Source of the DNA: a virus | Lineage: Duplodnaviria > Heunggongvirae > Uroviricota > Caudoviricetes | IMG/VR virus record: IMGVR_UViG_3300042673_001280 | Length of the DNA stretch: 64,000 nucleotides | Strand: one strand, 5' to 3' | In this document: positions 29,054 through 38,036 of the stretch, one piece after another | Position numbering within the stretch: position 1 is the stretch's first letter | Layout: every line of letters starts with the position of its first letter | Notes under the pieces: generated by a model | What the model was told of the DNA's origin: nothing | Databases searched by the model: none | What the model saw: the letters and a program-made list of their open reading frames with translations, nothing else | Made by a program: the position numbers and the translations under genes

Positions 29054-29563
29054 ATGAGACTAGACCAATTTAACAATCCTATTTTTAATGAAACTGATAT
29101 CTTTGATGCCTTATACTTAGGGCATCAGTCAGTACTACCAAATATACTAGCCGAACAAACAATAGAGATTGCAAATTTAGAAAAATTTGCAGAATTTAAA
29201 TTTGCCACGTTAGATCCATTAATCTGTAATCTATCAATTGAAGAATACGACAAACAACTACAAGCTGATTGGTTTATGCCTCCTGAATACTACACGATTG
29301 ATATAGAGATGTATTGTATATCTAGATGTAAGTTGGACATAGAGAAATCTCGTGTGTTAGAAGAACTTGCTGAATATAAAACACGAGGAATGCAACCGTT
29401 ATTACAATGGTTAATATACTTTGTAGATACATGTAAAAAAGATAAGATTGTATGGGGAGTTGGTAGAGGATCAAGTGTGTCAAGTTTTGTATTGTATCTT
29501 TTAGAAGTTCATAAGATTCATAGCATTAAATATAATTTAGATTGGCGCGATTTTTTAAGATAA
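29054..29563 (+). CDS. hypothetical protein
   Basis: ORF only. Confidence 0.35.
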   Translation: MRLDQFNNPIFNETDIFDALYLGHQSVLPNILAEQTIEIANLEKFAEFKFATLDPLICNLSIEEYDKQLQADWFMPPEYYTIDIEMYCISRCKLDIEKSRVLEELAEYKTRGMQPLLQWLIYFVDTCKKDKIVWGVGRGSSVSSFVLYLLEVHKIHSIKYNLDWRDFLR

Positions 29564-29584
29564 GTACACACAACGGAGAATAAA

Positions 29585-29929
29585 ATGAGTATTATACACA
29601 AAACAGCTAAAGGAAAACCAGTAGACATGAATAAACTGGTTACACAAAATGAACTTACTGTTGCAGTAAGTAATGTTAGAATTAATGCAAGAGGTGATGA
29701 GTTAGGACCAGGTGGTCAAATTATTCACAAAAACGTTGAACCTGTTCATACCGGAGTGCCTGTTCAGCAGCAATCAATCCGTGAAGTTGCTACCCCCGTT
29801 AAACCTGCAGCTCCTAAACCTGCAGCTCCTAAACCTACGTTTTCACCAGTAACTGATTCACCAAATGCACTGTTACAACCTGCACCTGAATCAAAAGACG
29901 CTGATAAACAACCTAAAGGTAAACAATGA
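29585..29929 (+). CDS. hypothetical protein with a Pro/Ala-rich (PAAPKPAAPKP) C-terminal half
   Basis: ORF with a GGAGAATAAAATG start context. Confidence 0.4.
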   Translation: MSIIHKTAKGKPVDMNKLVTQNELTVAVSNVRINARGDELGPGGQIIHKNVEPVHTGVPVQQQSIREVATPVKPAAPKPAAPKPTFSPVTDSPNALLQPAPESKDADKQPKGKQ

Positions 29930-30309
29930 TAGTTGACGGTACTTTAGATACTATTCATGATAACGTATTAATTACTGACATGAATTTTGATGAGCAAGTA
30001 ACTGCTGGCGGTATTATAGTCGGCAGCGATAATGGGAAAACAGAAGGTATTAAACCCCGATGGGGTAAAGTATACAAAGTAGGTCCTGATCAACACGATA
30101 TTACAATTGGTGATTGGATTTTAATAGAACACGGTCGATGGACTCGTGGTATTCAAATTAAAGACGATAACGGCAACGTTGTTACTGTTAGACGAGTAGA
30201 AACTAAGGCAATATTAGCAGTCTCAGATCATCAACCTACTGATATTAATCTAGGTAGATCAAACGCATCAACTGTACAAGAGTTTGACTTTAGTCAACCT
30301 ATGTACTAA
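29926..30309 (+). CDS. GroES-like co-chaperonin (T4 gp31-type)
   Basis: AGGIIVG ... GKVYKVG ... IGDWILI pattern of the Cpn10 fold with an extended mobile-loop region. Its start overlaps the preceding stop. Confidence 0.55.
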   Translation: MIVDGTLDTIHDNVLITDMNFDEQVTAGGIIVGSDNGKTEGIKPRWGKVYKVGPDQHDITIGDWILIEHGRWTRGIQIKDDNGNVVTVRRVETKAILAVSDHQPTDINLGRSNASTVQEFDFSQPMY

Positions 30310-30317
30310 TCAACATG

Positions 30318-30359
30318 AGTAATGGAGAACTTGACATTCTCCATTACTTACTATATAAT
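30318..30359 (+). promoter_or_regulatory. 11-bp inverted repeat (agtaatggaga / tctccattact) overlapping a perfect sigma70 promoter (TTGACA 30331-36, 17-nt spacer, TATAAT 30354-59)
   Basis: The -35 hexamer lies in the loop of the hairpin. Position suits both a terminator after the GroES-like gene and an operator/promoter for the clamp-loader gene. Confidence 0.6.
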
Positions 30360-30391
30360 ATACTTTTTAAACACAACAAAAAGGCATTTAA

Positions 30392-31312
30392 ATGGCAACA
30401 ACATCGTTATGGGTTGAAAAATATCGTCCAAATACAATAGATAGCTACGTATTTAGAGATCAGCAGCAAAAAAATCAAATAGACGGATGGATTAAACAGC
30501 AAAGCATTCCACATTTACTGTTTAGTGGTAGTGCTGGTATTGGTAAAACTACACTTGCAAAAATATTGTTTAATGAACTAGATATTGAACCATTAGACAT
30601 TTTAGAAATTAACGGATCACGAACTAACTCAGTCGACGACGTTCGTAACTTAATCACTAACTTTGTACAAATGATTCCGTTTGGTGACTTTAAAGTTGTA
30701 TTGTTAGACGAAGCAGATTACTTATCAGTGAATGCACAAGCAGCATTACGTGGGGTTATGGAAGAATATCATAACACTGCAAGATTTTTACTTACATGTA
30801 ACTATCCGCATAAAATTATTCCTGCTATACATTCAAGATGTCAAGGATTTCATATTGAAAAAGTTGATGTTGTAGAATTTACTGCAAGAGTAGCTACTAT
30901 TTTAGTAGAAGAAAACGTAGAATTTGAGTTAGATACGCTTGACACGTTTGTTAAAGCAACTTATCCAGATTTAAGAAAATGCATCAACACTGTACAGATG
31001 AATAGTTTAAGTGGTACACTTTCAACTCCGTCACAAAGTGATACAGGAAGTAGTGACTATAAAGTAGAAATGGTTGAGCTATTTAAAGCAGGCAAGATAT
31101 CCGATGCTCGTAAGCTATTATGTTCGCAAGCACGACCAGAAGAGATGGAAGAAATCTACAGATGGTTATATGACAATATTAGTATATTTGGTGACGAAGC
31201 TACTCAAAATAAAGCTATTCTAATTATTAAACAAGGACTAGTTGATCATACTATTATTGCAGATGCAGAGATTAACTTATCTGCTACATTAATACGATTA
31301 GGTAATCTATAA
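30392..31312 (+). CDS. clamp-loader ATPase subunit (RFC small-subunit / T4 gp44-like)
   Basis: WVEKYRP RFC box, Walker A GSAGIGKT, DEAD Walker B (LLDEAD), SRC motif (HSRCQ). Confidence 0.85.
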   Translation: MATTSLWVEKYRPNTIDSYVFRDQQQKNQIDGWIKQQSIPHLLFSGSAGIGKTTLAKILFNELDIEPLDILEINGSRTNSVDDVRNLITNFVQMIPFGDFKVVLLDEADYLSVNAQAALRGVMEEYHNTARFLLTCNYPHKIIPAIHSRCQGFHIEKVDVVEFTARVATILVEENVEFELDTLDTFVKATYPDLRKCINTVQMNSLSGTLSTPSQSDTGSSDYKVEMVELFKAGKISDARKLLCSQARPEEMEEIYRWLYDNISIFGDEATQNKAILIIKQGLVDHTIIADAEINLSATLIRLGNL

Positions 31313-31341
31313 ACTTGCATTGATACAGTTAATATAGTATA
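31313..31341 (+). promoter_or_regulatory. sigma70-like promoter (TTGCAT-17-TATAAT)
   Basis: Immediately after the clamp-loader stop and before the ATG at 31374. Confidence 0.45.
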
Positions 31342-31373
31342 ATATGTTTTTATTTAATTATTAAGGAGCAACT

Positions 31374-31583
31374 ATGTTGTTAATTTATTTTAAGGTGCTA
31401 GCTGTATTATTATTTTTTCTACTACAGTTTATTTTTGTACTACCGTACTACATGTCATCAGCTGAATGGTGGGAATTTACATTAGGTTGGTTTATTTTAT
31501 TAATCATTGATCCAATTGTAATTTACAAATTATGGAAGGATGCAGTTAAACCCGTTGACGAACTTTTTAAGGATGTGAAATAA
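31374..31583 (+). CDS. small two-helix membrane protein, a possible NfeD-like partner of the SPFH protein
   Basis: Two TM helices. Its stop overlaps the downstream start. Confidence 0.35.
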   Translation: MLLIYFKVLAVLLFFLLQFIFVLPYYMSSAEWWEFTLGWFILLIIDPIVIYKLWKDAVKPVDELFKDVK

Positions 31584-32434
31584 TGAATAAATTACTATTA
31601 GTTGCAGCAATGGCTACTGTACTTTCTGGCTGTTCAAATGTTAATGTAGGCGAAGTAGGCATTAAAGTACATTTACTAGGCGGTGATAAAGGTGTTGACA
31701 CTGAGCAATTAACTCCAGGACGTTATTGGATTGGTATAAATGAACAACTGTATACGTTCCCAACATTTATGCAAAACTATACATGGACTAGATCTCGTGC
31801 TGAAGGTCGTAACGAAGATGAGTCAATTACATTCCAAACTAAAGAAGGCCTTTCTGTAAACGCTGATATTGGTATTACTTACACATTACAACCAGATAAA
31901 ATTCCAGTTTTATTCCAAAAATATCGCAAAGGTATTGATGAAATTACACACGTTTATTTGCGTAATTTAGTGCGTGATGCAATTAACACCGAGTCATCTA
32001 CTAAGTCAATTGACTCTGTTTACGGTGAAGGTAAATCGGATTTAATTAAAGCTGCTGAACATCGTGTTCGTGCTGAAGTTGAATCATACGGTATTGTGTT
32101 AGATCACTTATCTTGGGTTGGTGATATTAGATTGCCAGAGACTGTAACTGCTGCAATTAATGAAAAGATTGGTGCATCGCAACAAGCAATTACACGTCAG
32201 AACCAAGTTGAAACTGCTAAAGCACAAGCTGCAATTGCTATTGCACAAGCAGATGGTGAAGCTCAATCACGCCTACTCGTAGCTGAAGCTGAAGCCAAAG
32301 CTATTCATTTAAAGGGCGAAGCTGTTAAAAACAACCCAGGAGTTGCTGAATTAAATGCAATTGAAAAATGGAACGGTGTCTTACCAGTTACAATGTTACC
32401 AAACAGTTCAGTGCCGATGATTAATATAAAATAA
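31583..32434 (+). CDS. SPFH/band-7 (prohibitin/HflKC-like) lipoprotein
   Basis: Signal peptide with lipobox LSGC. Band-7 core, then a coiled-coil Ala/Glu-rich region (AQAAIAIAQADGEAQSRLLVAEAEAKA). Confidence 0.6.
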   Translation: MNKLLLVAAMATVLSGCSNVNVGEVGIKVHLLGGDKGVDTEQLTPGRYWIGINEQLYTFPTFMQNYTWTRSRAEGRNEDESITFQTKEGLSVNADIGITYTLQPDKIPVLFQKYRKGIDEITHVYLRNLVRDAINTESSTKSIDSVYGEGKSDLIKAAEHRVRAEVESYGIVLDHLSWVGDIRLPETVTAAINEKIGASQQAITRQNQVETAKAQAAIAIAQADGEAQSRLLVAEAEAKAIHLKGEAVKNNPGVAELNAIEKWNGVLPVTMLPNSSVPMINIK

Positions 32435-32443
32435 AGGAATTAC

Positions 32444-34084
32444 ATGACTAACACTGATTGGGCAACTAATGTTGCCCTATCATCTTATACAGATGATGAA
32501 TTTAATTTAGGTATTTGTGGATCGCATGACGCCTCAATTGCAATATCAAAAGGGAATAAAATCTTAGAAGTAGTTGAGATTGAAAAATTCACTGGAGAAA
32601 AACATGCTAATTTAATATTTAATACTGAAACACAAAAAGATATTAATAGCCACATTATTACCGAAGTATTAACTTACTTTAGACGCAAGTATCAAGCTAA
32701 CACATATAACACTGTTTTTTGGAACTTGGTCTGTTACCACAACCAATGGTTAATGGATGACTTACCTACAGAAATTAAAAACTTGTTCCCTTCGCGGAAT
32801 TTTAAAAGATTTAGCCATCACTTATCACACGCATCAAGTGCATTTTATCAATCGCCGTATAATCGAGCATTAATTATAACATTTGACGGCGGAAGCGATG
32901 AAGGATTATTAAATGTATATATCGGTAATGGAACTGACGATTTAATTCATTTATATAGTAATACTCGTAATTACTGTGTTCCTTATGCAGTAATAGGCCA
33001 TTTCATTTACGAGATTAAAAATGAACCAATCTATCAAATGGGGCAATTTACGTATCCGGGTAAAATGATGGGATTAGCCGGGGACGGAGAAGTAGCTGAC
33101 GATATTGAGCAAAATTTTACAAACTATTTCGAAGAAGTTGCAACTGCTAACTTACAAATACCTGAATTAATAGATTGCTTTGCAAAACATATGAATATTT
33201 CAAATTCAGTACAGGCGAGTAAAAATACTGCAAAAACATTTGCCGCCACTGCTCAAGTAGTATTTGAAAAATTGCTACATGAAGAAATTGGTGGGTTCTT
33301 AAAGGCATCACACGGGTTGCCGATTGTGTTGTCAGGCGGTGGTGCATTGAACATTATAAACAATTCAAGAATAGCAAAATCTCATAAAGTATTTGTTCCG
33401 CCTAATCCGAATGATTCAGGGATTGCAATAGGATTGTTATGCAATGGTATTCGACCAAAAGAAAAGATAGATTGTGCATACCTTGGTCCAGACGCATTAG
33501 ATAGCAGTACGTTAGAAGATGTTGTAGCGTTACGTAACGGCACTACTGTTGATCTAAATAAGCTTGCTGATAATATCATTGCAGGTAAAATTTATGGCGT
33601 AGTCCGAGGCCGATCTGAATGTGGGCCAAGAGCATTAGGTAATCGAAGTTTGATATGTAGTGCAATTATTCCTGAAATGAAAGATATCTTAAATTCTAAA
33701 ATTAAAAATAGAGAAAGTTTTAGACCGTTTGCACCAGTTGTAAGATTAGAAGATGTTCACACATATTTTAAAAGTAAAGATGAATTAAGATTTATGTCAT
33801 TTAATGTTGAAATTCATAAACAGTATGAATCACTATTATATGCAGTATCAAGTTCAGACAATACTGCTAGGGTACAAACAATTACTCGAGAACAAAATGA
33901 ATTCTTATACGATTTATTAACACTATTAGATAAAAAAGTCGGACATGGTATTTTGCTAAACACATCGTTTAATCTTGATGGAAAACCGATTTTAAACAAA
34001 TATGCCGATGCATTAGACGTATTAGACACTAAAGATATAGACGGTGTAATCTTTGAAAATTATCTTATTGAAAAATCAAAATGA
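32444..34084 (+). CDS. carbamoyltransferase of the NodU/CmcH/TobZ family
   Basis: N-terminal LGICGSHDASIAI motif on an ASKHA/Kae1-like fold. ~550-aa length with a C-terminal YrdC-like half, typical of O-carbamoyltransferases. Confidence 0.65.
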   Translation: MTNTDWATNVALSSYTDDEFNLGICGSHDASIAISKGNKILEVVEIEKFTGEKHANLIFNTETQKDINSHIITEVLTYFRRKYQANTYNTVFWNLVCYHNQWLMDDLPTEIKNLFPSRNFKRFSHHLSHASSAFYQSPYNRALIITFDGGSDEGLLNVYIGNGTDDLIHLYSNTRNYCVPYAVIGHFIYEIKNEPIYQMGQFTYPGKMMGLAGDGEVADDIEQNFTNYFEEVATANLQIPELIDCFAKHMNISNSVQASKNTAKTFAATAQVVFEKLLHEEIGGFLKASHGLPIVLSGGGALNIINNSRIAKSHKVFVPPNPNDSGIAIGLLCNGIRPKEKIDCAYLGPDALDSSTLEDVVALRNGTTVDLNKLADNIIAGKIYGVVRGRSECGPRALGNRSLICSAIIPEMKDILNSKIKNRESFRPFAPVVRLEDVHTYFKSKDELRFMSFNVEIHKQYESLLYAVSSSDNTARVQTITREQNEFLYDLLTLLDKKVGHGILLNTSFNLDGKPILNKYADALDVLDTKDIDGVIFENYLIEKSK

Positions 34085-34512
34085 AACAAAAGTTTAAACA
34101 TGCTTTTATGAAAACGGCTTATACATTTGCGGAATTAAGTTCCGCAGTTAAGCTCAAAGTTGGTGCTGTTGTAGTTAAAGACGATAGAATTATTAGTCTT
34201 GGCTACAACGGTACACCTACCGGATGGGATAATACATGTGAACTTGAAATTATTAACTTTCAGGATGGATCTGTTCAACTTAAAACTAAATCAGAAGTTA
34301 TTCATGCAGAAATGAATGCACTTATGAAATTAGCAAGTTCATCTGAATCTGGTAAAGGTGCAGCTATTTTTATTACACATTCGCCTTGCATGGAATGTGC
34401 TAAAGGAATATACCAAACTGGTATAACTGAAGTATACTACACTGAAGCATATCGTAATGTAGATGGTATTGAATTTTTACAAAAATGTGGTATAACTGTC
34501 GAAAAATTATAA
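34081..34512 (+). CDS. dCMP deaminase (cytidine/deoxycytidylate deaminase family)
   Basis: HAEMNA and PCMECA zinc-binding motifs. Its start overlaps the carbamoyltransferase stop. Confidence 0.8.
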   Translation: MKQKFKHAFMKTAYTFAELSSAVKLKVGAVVVKDDRIISLGYNGTPTGWDNTCELEIINFQDGSVQLKTKSEVIHAEMNALMKLASSSESGKGAAIFITHSPCMECAKGIYQTGITEVYYTEAYRNVDGIEFLQKCGITVEKL

Positions 34513-34514
34513 AA

Positions 34515-34540
34515 ATAGCAGCTGATTCCTCAGCTGCTAT
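34515..34540. terminator. bidirectional terminator between convergent genes
   Basis: 11-bp stem atagcagctga / tcagctgctat, loop ttcc. An A-tract upstream gives a U-tract for the minus-strand phoH transcript. Confidence 0.65.
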
Positions 34541-34555
34541 ATTCAGTTGTAACTT

Positions 34556-35287
34556 CTAACTTTCCCCGTAGAGTGCCAAAACCTCTTTTACTGCGTTATG
34601 GCGTTCAATATCTTTATGCGTAAAATACGCAACATCAATATGGCTTAATGCCGTTTTATTGTTATCTAATCTATCGATAAATTCTAATAAACCGTTATCA
34701 TGCAAGCGATCAGCTTGTGCTAAATCCCCTGTTACAACCATACGTGAATTTTCCCCTAATCTAGTAAGAGCCATCTTCATTTGATTAGGAGTTGTATTTT
34801 GAGCTTCATCAAAAATGATATACGCATTTTTGAAAGTTCTCCCTCTCATATAACTTAGTGGACTAATTTCAATATCACCCTCAGCTAGAAATTTTGCAAT
34901 GTCTGTCTGATGGTAATACTCGCCGAATACATCAAAAATAGGTCTTGTCCATGGCGCCATCTTTTCATTTAATGTGCCTGGTAAGAACCCTAATTCTTCA
35001 TCTACCGATACTGCTGGTCTAGTTACAATAATCTTATCTATTAACCCTTCCTGAAATAATTTAATCCCATTTTGAACTGCTAACATCGTTTTCCCTGTAC
35101 CTGCTGGTCCAACTGCAAACACAATGCTAGTATCTTCATCTTGTAGCATTGCGACATATTCTTTCTGACTTTGGTTGCGTGGGTTTAATGTTACGCTGTA
35201 TCTTTTTGGTTTAATCAATTTTGGTTGTTGAAACTCAACTATGTTAACTTGCGATGTGAAACGTTTTTGTACTCGTTTTTGGGCCAT
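34556..35287 (-). CDS. phoH: PhoH-like ATPase
   Basis: Walker A GPAGTGKT, IIFDEAQN, LSYMRGRTF signature. Confidence 0.9.
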   Translation of the reverse strand: MAQKRVQKRFTSQVNIVEFQQPKLIKPKRYSVTLNPRNQSQKEYVAMLQDEDTSIVFAVGPAGTGKTMLAVQNGIKLFQEGLIDKIIVTRPAVSVDEELGFLPGTLNEKMAPWTRPIFDVFGEYYHQTDIAKFLAEGDIEISPLSYMRGRTFKNAYIIFDEAQNTTPNQMKMALTRLGENSRMVVTGDLAQADRLHDNGLLEFIDRLDNNKTALSHIDVAYFTHKDIERHNAVKEVLALYGES

Positions 35288-35437
35288 ATAGTGTAACTCC
35301 TAGTTTTTTGTTAGAATGGTAGTAACCACAGCGACATGGATACTACACAGTTATTTAATGAAAGGGAGTCAAATACAAAGAAATACCGGTTGATTTTAAA
35401 CCAGGATAAATAAGTGTAAACGTTTTAGGATATTATT

Positions 35438-36049
35438 ATGGCTACAGATGTATTAGATATTATTAAAAACATTCAAAATCTATATGAGAACAATTCAAGT
35501 CTAGCAGTGTTAAAAGATTTTGAAAGAGTACTCGACGAACTAGATTTGTATGTTTACAAAAACTGGGAAGATGGCGAATTAGCGTATGGACCAAAAGTTG
35601 ACCGTCATTGGATTACTGTTGGGTTTATGTGGCCAAGAGATAACATGCCAGATCCAGCAGGCGGCAAACGATTAGCAGATTTAGGATGCAAAGTTAAGTA
35701 TCAAAAATCACATATGGTTGAACCGCGACCAATTAAAACACCTGAAGATATTCGCCCAGGCACTAAAAAAGGTAAATTAGACCGACATCCAATTTGGATT
35801 GTAGAAATACAAATGCCAAAAAAATTAGCCTTTGATATGTATAAAGGTTATATGGATAAGCTAAAAAATGAAAACATAGAACCGCCAAAAGAACCAGCAC
35901 AACCTGCGGCTGCCCCGGCAGCAGGCGGAATGCCTCCAGCACCGGGCGGAATGGGCGGCGGAATGCCTCCGGCACCGGGCGGAATGGGCGGCGGAATGCC
36001 TCCAGCACCGGGCGGAATGGGCGGCGGAATGCCTCCGGCACCGATGTAA
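35438..36049 (+). CDS. hypothetical protein with a C-terminal (GGMPPAPGGMGG)n tail
   Basis: ORF. The last ~45 aa are encoded by a 36-bp tandem repeat. Confidence 0.45.
   Translation: MATDVLDIIKNIQNLYENNSSLAVLKDFERVLDELDLYVYKNWEDGELAYGPKVDRHWITVGFMWPRDNMPDPAGGKRLADLGCKVKYQKSHMVEPRPIKTPEDIRPGTKKGKLDRHPIWIVEIQMPKKLAFDMYKGYMDKLKNENIEPPKEPAQPAAAPAAGGMPPAPGGMGGGMPPAPGGMGGGMPPAPGGMGGGMPPAPM
35924..36046 (+). repeat. 36-bp coding tandem repeat x3.4 (ggcggaatgcctccRgcaccgggcggaatgggc)
   Basis: Direct reading of the sequence. Copies differ only at one wobble position. Confidence 0.85.
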
Positions 36050-36051
36050 GG

Positions 36052-36786
36052 ATGACTATGATTACAGAAAGTTTACACGCACACGATCTTAAACACTTAA
36101 TAAAGAAAGTTTTTGAAATTGATTCATATAGAAGTAAAATAGGCGACGATCAAGATGTAGTTGTTGTGTCGTTTACTGTGGATCAAGAAGATCCTGCAAA
36201 AGATTTAGAAAATTTTGTAGAAATGGGTTATGATTTTGTTTTAGATGCAGATGTTAGCCCAGGTGAAACAGATGACGGGAATTATAAAGTTTTTATTGAA
36301 CTAGAAAGAAGCAGACATGCGGCTGAACAAATTCTTGAACTAATGGATGGCATTGAACAACTAACCGGAATGTCTGATATGAGATTTCGGTATTTTAAAA
36401 GTTTTAAAAGCCAAGATGCAAATTTAGAAAATTTAACTGCAGCAATACCTGTCGATAAAGATGCATACGACATTGCAACCAAACGAGACAAATTAGACAA
36501 CTTTAGTAATTTCTTTTCAAATAGTTTTTCAGACGATGTTAGTGTTACTAACGAATCAATTACATTTAAAAGAATTTGGACTGATCCGTTATCATTTGAG
36601 ATAATTACTAGTGGTCCTAAACAAACAGTTTATAACACAATACAAGGTCCAATTATGTTGGAAGGTAGTGATATTGCAGAAGTAATGTACTTTACAAAAT
36701 GCATAGGTAACTACAATATTACCAAGGTTGGTAATACATTTATATTTGAAAACAGCGGATGGGCTGTTGCATTGGAGAAAAAATAA
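36052..36786 (+). CDS. hypothetical acidic protein
   Basis: ORF. Its stop overlaps the endolysin ATG (ATAATG). Confidence 0.4.
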   Translation: MTMITESLHAHDLKHLIKKVFEIDSYRSKIGDDQDVVVVSFTVDQEDPAKDLENFVEMGYDFVLDADVSPGETDDGNYKVFIELERSRHAAEQILELMDGIEQLTGMSDMRFRYFKSFKSQDANLENLTAAIPVDKDAYDIATKRDKLDNFSNFFSNSFSDDVSVTNESITFKRIWTDPLSFEIITSGPKQTVYNTIQGPIMLEGSDIAEVMYFTKCIGNYNITKVGNTFIFENSGWAVALEKK

Positions 36787-37406
36787 TGGCATTCACATTT
36801 ACAGAAGCACACTTAGCAAAAATTATTCCAGGTAATTCATACATTTCAGAATGGTATGACGCATTATCATCTATCTTACCAGAATACGATATTAACACAC
36901 CAGAACGCGTTGCAGCATTCCTTGCTCAAACCGCTCACGAAAGCGGCAACTATACTGCATTAAAAGAAAACTTAAATTACAAAGCTGTAACATTGCAAAA
37001 AGTGTTTCCTAAATACTTTCCAACTGCAGCGTTAGCAGAATCATATGCCGGTAAACCAGAAAAAATTGCTAGCAAAGTATACGGCGGACGTATGGGCAAC
37101 GGTGACGAATCTACAGGCGAAGGATACAAATTCTGCGGTCGTGGACTTATCCAATTAACAGGTAAAGACAACTATACACGTTTTGCTGAAAGTTTAGAAA
37201 TGGAAATTGATGAAGCTATTGAATACTTAGAAACATTTGAAGGTGCTGTACAAAGTGCTTGCTGGTTTTGGGAAACTAATAACTTAAACCAATGGGCAGA
37301 TAAAGGTGACATCATTACACTTACAAAAAGAATTAATGGCGGAACTATTGGAATTGAAGACCGTAAACATCACTATGCTAACGCAATCAAAGTATTGAGT
37401 GCATAA
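36786..37406 (+). CDS. endolysin, glycoside hydrolase family 19 (chitinase-like lysozyme)
   Basis: AAFLAQTAHESG and YKFCGRGLIQLTGKDNY GH19 catalytic blocks. The ORF-track start 36759 is probably an over-extension; the ATG at 36786 overlaps the upstream stop. Confidence 0.8.
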   Translation: MAFTFTEAHLAKIIPGNSYISEWYDALSSILPEYDINTPERVAAFLAQTAHESGNYTALKENLNYKAVTLQKVFPKYFPTAALAESYAGKPEKIASKVYGGRMGNGDESTGEGYKFCGRGLIQLTGKDNYTRFAESLEMEIDEAIEYLETFEGAVQSACWFWETNNLNQWADKGDIITLTKRINGGTIGIEDRKHHYANAIKVLSA

Positions 37407-37906
37407 TGTTTATCTTACATTTCCTCCCTGATTCATATTTACTTTGGGCGGTTAACACAATCCTGCTATTAGGTGCTATTGGTACTATAGCAGGATTTTT
37501 TATTAAGTTTATTCCATTTTTAAATCATTACAAACTATTGTTAAATATACTGTCAACATTTTTACTAGTTGTAGGAGTTTACTTTAAAGGTGGTTATGGT
37601 GTTGAGATGGAGTGGCGTAACCGTGTAGCAGAACTTGAACAAAAAATAGCGATAGCAGAAGCCCAATCAAAAGAGGTTAATATCCAAATTGAAACTCGTG
37701 TGGTGGAAAAAGTAAAAGTTATTAAGGAAAAAGTATATGCAACCAAAAAAATTATTCAAGAACACAAAGAGATTATTAACGCTGATTGTACTGTTCCTGA
37801 TGTTGCAAGGGTGCTCTACAACAGTGCCGTTAACAATGAGCTTCCCGCAGGTACCTCCGTCCTTGATGGAGCCAGCACCAACGTTAAAGACATTATCTCA
37901 AACTAA
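37406..37906 (+). CDS. i-spanin-like protein (N-terminal membrane anchor plus periplasmic coiled-coil), possibly with a holin-like second TM helix
   Basis: Two hydrophobic helices, then RNRVAELEQKIAIAEAQSKE coiled-coil. Begins at the endolysin stop. Confidence 0.45.
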   Translation: MFILHFLPDSYLLWAVNTILLLGAIGTIAGFFIKFIPFLNHYKLLLNILSTFLLVVGVYFKGGYGVEMEWRNRVAELEQKIAIAEAQSKEVNIQIETRVVEKVKVIKEKVYATKKIIQEHKEIINADCTVPDVARVLYNSAVNNELPAGTSVLDGASTNVKDIISN

Positions 37907-38036
37907 ACCAGAACTAAGTGATATATTAGAAAATGCTAGTGAGAATTACGGTTCTTACTATGAACTACGAGAACGATATCTTGCATGGCAAGATTGGTAC
38001 AAACAACAAACGAAAATATATGAGGACGTAAAATGA
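37737..38036 (+). CDS. o-spanin-like Pro-rich outer-membrane lipoprotein, overlapping the i-spanin gene in another frame
   Basis: Signal peptide ending LMLQGC (atypical Q at -2), then a Pro-rich segment. The 170-nt out-of-frame overlap with the 3' end of the previous gene is the classic Rz/Rz1 arrangement. Confidence 0.4.
   Translation: MQPKKLFKNTKRLLTLIVLFLMLQGCSTTVPLTMSFPQVPPSLMEPAPTLKTLSQTKPELSDILENASENYGSYYELRERYLAWQDWYKQQTKIYEDVK

Noticed and set aside
35288-35437. 150-bp intergenic region examined for a tRNA or a strong promoter
   Set aside because: No cloverleaf-compatible GTTC / T-loop or acceptor pairing found by eye. Only weak promoter-like hexamers (GATAAATA, 7/8 to the late box). 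Left unannotated.
35763-36041. 92-aa ORF on the minus strand with PFRPVLEAFRR repeats
   Set aside because: Antisense read-through of the 36-bp coding tandem repeat of the plus-strand gene. The repeat periodicity alone generates it.
35924-36046. Possible CRISPR-like array (regular direct repeats)
   Set aside because: Repeats are contiguous with no spacers, in frame inside an ORF, and encode a GGMPPAP peptide repeat. Not CRISPR.
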